A stretch of 64,000 bases of DNA from Chlorokybus atmophyticus. Lineage: Eukaryota; Plantae; Mesostigma and Chlorokybus algae. How positions within the stretch are numbered: position 1 is the first letter of the stretch; each line of letters opens with the position of its first letter. Where the stretch lies: assembly GCA_009103225.1 (NCBI GenBank), contig RHPI01003009.1, positions 272,091 to 336,090 on the forward strand. The letters are read 5' to 3'. The notes beneath the pieces were generated by a model. That model searched no databases and was not told the DNA's origin. It worked only from the letters and a program-made list of their open reading frames with translations. The position numbers and the translations under genes were made by a program. This document shows positions 59,595-64,000 of this stretch, in pieces.

Positions 59595-62500
59595 TTACCT
59601 GAACCGCATGCAATAAACGCGCCTTCGCGTGAGCACAATCAGCGTATTACTGTCTGGTGCAGCAGCACCGAGGACCGCATCATCATCAGCAACAGGTTCG
59701 AGCATGGCAACATGGGAAGGCGCCTGCTCAGCACCCTCCTCAGGGCGATCGTAAACGTAGACAGTGCGCGCAACCTCGCAGACAAATGCACGGCTGGCAG
59801 CTGGAAACACGCCAATGTGGCGCCTCTCGCGCTTGGAGGATACAACGTACTGCGAACGCGGACATTGTAAGTTGACACATGCAGTAAACTTGTAACAATG
59901 TGCACACTTGCAATACAAACACATACAAGCACACTCAAGCACCATCCCATACTTGCAGTGCGGGGAACGTTGCGCAGTGGGAGACTGAGGGCGGAGACAG
60001 CAGCAAGGAGAGAGCGCACACGCAGCCATGCACATCATCCGCAAGCACCATCGCCGGACGCCCATCGACGTGTGCCTCACACATAAGCCTCCTCCCATTT
60101 ACATCGATTGCAGTCGGTACTTCCGCGGCTGGCCGCCCCTTGCTGTCAAGTTTGAACACATACAGCTGATGCGGCCCGGCATCACCATCTGGACCTAGCG
60201 CACAAACAGTTGACTCATGCTGCTTGACAAGTCAACTCGGATTCACTAGCGCAGGTCTTACCAGACCCGAGAACATGACCATCCTCATCCTCATCGTCTG
60301 CCCCCTCGCCAAACAAATCCGGGATCTTTCCTTTGTCCATTAAAGCAACCGAGAGAGGGACGCCCGCGTCTGCCTCACCAGTCTCAGGAGTTCTGACATA
60401 CAGCAGGTCAGCCAGATGTGAGATGCATACACAAAGTTACAGCACTACCTTGCAATGGGAGTATCGGGGGCACCAATGCCAGCGCGAGGGCCACGCGTGG
60501 TGCCAGCATGCAATACATCTGCAGGGAGGTCGCCTTCATGCGTGAAGCGCGAAAGGGCGGCACGCGCAGCGGCCACATGGTCTTCCGATAGCGTCTCGTC
60601 AACATTAAGGCCAGCGGCGTCACCTTCAAAGACAGTTGGCCAACGCACGCTGCCGTCCATCTTGCGCATGCGCACCTCGAGCACGTCCTCTGTCCAAGCC
60701 CACGTCGAGAACCCAGGCACAATGGCACCGTACAGCTTCCCCGACAGCTGCCAGATCAACGGCTCTGTAGCAGCCGAAATACTTGTATCGCCCTCAACAG
60801 ACTGCTTCTTTGCCATAGGTGCCCTCACCTCACCCTTCCCAATGACTTCAATGCGCAGGTGCTCTGCGGTGTGCTTCGTGTGAGTAAGCTAGCTTGTGAT
60901 CATACACGTTGTTTGCTGCGTGATGAACACCCTTGCCTTGTCTTGTCTACACAATTGCAAATCAATGGCCTTGCTTTCCATCAACAAACACTTTGCAGAC
61001 TCACCTGGGGAGAAGGCCACAAGGACGTCCTGCACGTCCTCACGGTTGATGTTCTTATGCAATACGACCTCACTACCGTCCTGTGACCACGAATACCGCG
61101 CAGCCGCTTCCGTTGGGCCGCCATGCATGCGCGTTCCTTGGTGAGGGTCCTCCTTGCCGCCCTCGCCATTGCTGCTCGCATTCAGTCCATCAGCAAGCTC
61201 CGCACCTCCGAGGGCGGCAATCCGAAATCCATCACCGGAAGTGGAAGCTGCGGCAGTAAGGAAAGCGGGTGTGTAGCGAAGGGTTCTAAAAGGTGTGCGT
61301 GCATGCAGTTTCCACTGCATCAAGCCACCGGCAGACTGGTCATCGCGGGCTAAGGCAGCTGCCACAAGCGTGACATTGCACCTCGCAATGCTCCTGACCT
61401 GCGGTGGCTGCTCCTGACCATCTGTTCCTCCATCTTCACGCTGGTCGACAGCCTCATCAACGCGCTGCACCACGCACAACAGTTTGTCGCTTCCAGGAGC
61501 CATTGCAGCTGCTCTGACAACGAACCCTTGCCCCTGGTCCCCGCCAAGCACCCCATACACGCTCCCACTCAATCGCCAGCTGGCAGTGGAATCATCAGCC
61601 ACCTCATACACGTGCAGAGCGCCAGCACCATTGGACACAACGGCCACGTCACATGCGGGGAAGGCCATGCTGGGAGGCAAAGCTTCGCCTTCATTACCAT
61701 TGGTGGTGGAGACGGTATCGGGGTGAGGGAGGCGAGCAACATGCGTGGGGACAGGGTCGTTGGAGGAATCATCTGTGGTGACAGCCGCTATGGTGCCCCT
61801 GGCTGAAACATAGTAGGCAGTAGGAGAAGCAGAGTGCGGGTTGACGAAAAGGTGGTTGTGCATGCGAAATTGCCGCACATACTCCAGCGAAAAATGCGAG
61901 TCCTCATCATCAGGCCGCCCTTCACGAACCTGTGTATCAATATCGCCATTGCTCCCAATAGACGCAACGCTCACCTGCAGAATGGCACGAGTATTCTACA
62001 CAATTCTCCAATACCGTGCTTGCGGACAGACTTGGTGTCCATGCAAGAGGGACGTGTCCGTCAACTATTGCGCAGCTCGTCAAAAGTAGGAAGATAACTA
62101 CCAGCAGTATAGGTTGCTTGAAAACGCCCTGGTAGCTGACAACCCCATGACTCTCTGCGCGCCCTCACATGCCCAGCACAATGCATGTGTGCTGTGTTGA
62201 GTGCGTCTCCTACTACCTCTGCGTGTGCTTACGTCCGTTGTGTTCGGCCGATGGCATAGCAACAACAACAAACAGTTCGAATCTGCATGCGGCACACAAC
62301 TTTCGCGGGGAGGGGCTTCATGCCAAAACCATATTGCATGCAATGACGCATACCATTGGGCAAAGCGGTTCACAGCACAGGGCATTGCCATCATGTGCTA
62401 TCATGTCATGTTGCAGTAGCATCGCGATATTGGATGACAACTAAAATTAATATTGAGAAATAAGGGGCTGAGCTGCCTGGCATGCGTTGGTGTGTTCTGG

Positions 62501-62941
62501 CAAAACCCAAGTGTGCTTGCTGCCTTTACAAGCCAAATGCATGGGCTCCCAACCGTTGCGCCTCAGTGCAATGCGACACATGAATGTGTACAAACAACAA
62601 TACTGTCTCGAGCATAAGCACAATGCACCTTGCATTGCTATGGACCCTGGGCCTTCCATGCATGCAATCTGTGAGTAATGCAGAGCAAAAGAGTGCAGAG
62701 GTCAAAGCAGCAGCCACGAGCGTAACAAACGGCGCTTGCACAAAAACAGCTGTCAAAGGTGTAAGCTAGACCGACAGACAGACGTTCGCTTCAACGCTGG
62801 TGTGCGCAAGCAGTAGGGGCAAAGCAGCAGCGAGTAAGCAAGAACCTGCGGATGGTGGGCTGCGTCCAGCTTGTAGCCCTTGAAGCGCGCAGCTGCGCCT
62901 CCGTCGCCATCGCCTCCGTAGTCTAGCCTAAAGCGCAGCAT
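59595..62941 (-). CDS. NUDCD1: NudC domain-containing protein 1 (CML66-like), multi-exon; start uncertain
   Basis: ARFKGYKL near the N-terminus, VRQFRMHNHLF, CS-domain YSWSQDGSEV and LIWQLSGK, and C-terminal HCATFPAL...YVVSSKRERR...VYVY resemble NUDCD1 as recalled. The stop is at 59595. Confidence 0.75.
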
Positions 62942-64000
62942 CTCGCCGCTGGCGCCACTACCGGAGACCGCCGCCGCCGCCGCCGCTTGGCAAAACTGCT
63001 GTTCCACGTCATCGTGCTATCCATCCACAACCAACTTCTGTAACAGCAATAGTGTCGTGCTGCACAACTGTGCATGATTGCACACTGTTTCACAATGCAA
63101 CATGCACAACGCTGTTCTTGGCTGCGCACAGTTGTAGCATGAATTGCCAGTTAATCGTGAAGACTTCACAATGGCCCAGTTTCAATGGCTGTTGTCATAC
63201 CGCTGACAGCCCGTTGCAACATGCATGTGCATGTGTGTTGCTTATTTCGTATTTACAAGGTGAAGGCCCTTCCCCCCTCATTGAGACTGACCCTCAAATC
63301 TGTATAGTGGTAGTTGTAATCACAGAAAGTTTAAATACATTGATAAGGGGTGTAGGGCTTTATACAGGGCGGGCGTCCGTGCAGATGGCTCGCACGCNNN
63401 NNNNNNNNNNNNNNNNNNNNNNNNNNNNNNNNNNNNNNNNNNNNNNNNNNNNNNNNNNNNNNNNNNNNNNNNNNNNNNNNNNNNNNNNNNNNNNNNNNNN
63501 NNNNNNNNNNNNNNNNNNNNNNNNNNNNNNNNNNNNNNNNNNNNNNNNNNNNNNNNNNNNNNNNNNNNNNNNNNNNNNNNNNNNNNNNNNNNNNNNNNNN
63601 NNNNNNNNNNNNNNNNNNNNNNNNNNNNNNNNNNNNNNNNNNNNNNNNNNNNNNNNNNNNNNNNNNNNNNNNNNNNNNNNNNNNNNNNNNNNNNNNNNNN
63701 NNNNNNNNNNNNNNNNNNNNNNNNNNNNNNNNNNNNNNNNNNNNNNNNNNNNNNNNNNNNNNNNNNNNNNNNNNNNNNNNNNNNNNNNNNNNNNNNNNNN
63801 NNNNNNNNNNNNNGTGTCTCTCCAACCAGGTACAGATGATAGCGTAATTGTCAGAACTTCACACGTGAATATTTGAATTCAACCTATGATTTGCACTTGA
63901 TTGGCAAACCATTGTGTTTAAAGATACAACTCAATCTGGTCTGCATAATATTAAGCGCTGGATGTGCACACATACACACAATAGCGTCTTCGATTTTCTG

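Overview
Eukaryotic nuclear DNA, most likely from a green alga. An early-diverging streptophyte is inferred from the land-plant-type LHCA3, CBP80 and EXO84 sequences, high GC3 and mostly short introns. The left ~25 kb is a nested transposon island. It holds TA-flanked CAGTCTACCCCC-type MITEs, a pogo-like element encoding only a DNA-binding domain, an apparently perfect 2,225-bp tandem duplication, a decayed multi-exon ORF that may be a Mutator-like transposase, and a 5'-truncated Ty3/gypsy chromovirus. The right ~39 kb holds intron-containing host genes: SAR1, NCBP1/CBP80, EXO84, one orphan gene, LHCA3, an IQM-family calmodulin-binding gene, cysteine synthase (OASTL) and NUDCD1. There are four N gaps. 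I found no rRNA, tRNA or CRISPR array and cannot claim a clearly new biological system. The best leads are a possible 23-kb TIR-bounded composite element, the DNA-binding-only pogo product, the unclassified decayed transposase-like gene, and the Asn-type LHCA3. All alignments, translations and splice models were done by eye, with no database searches.
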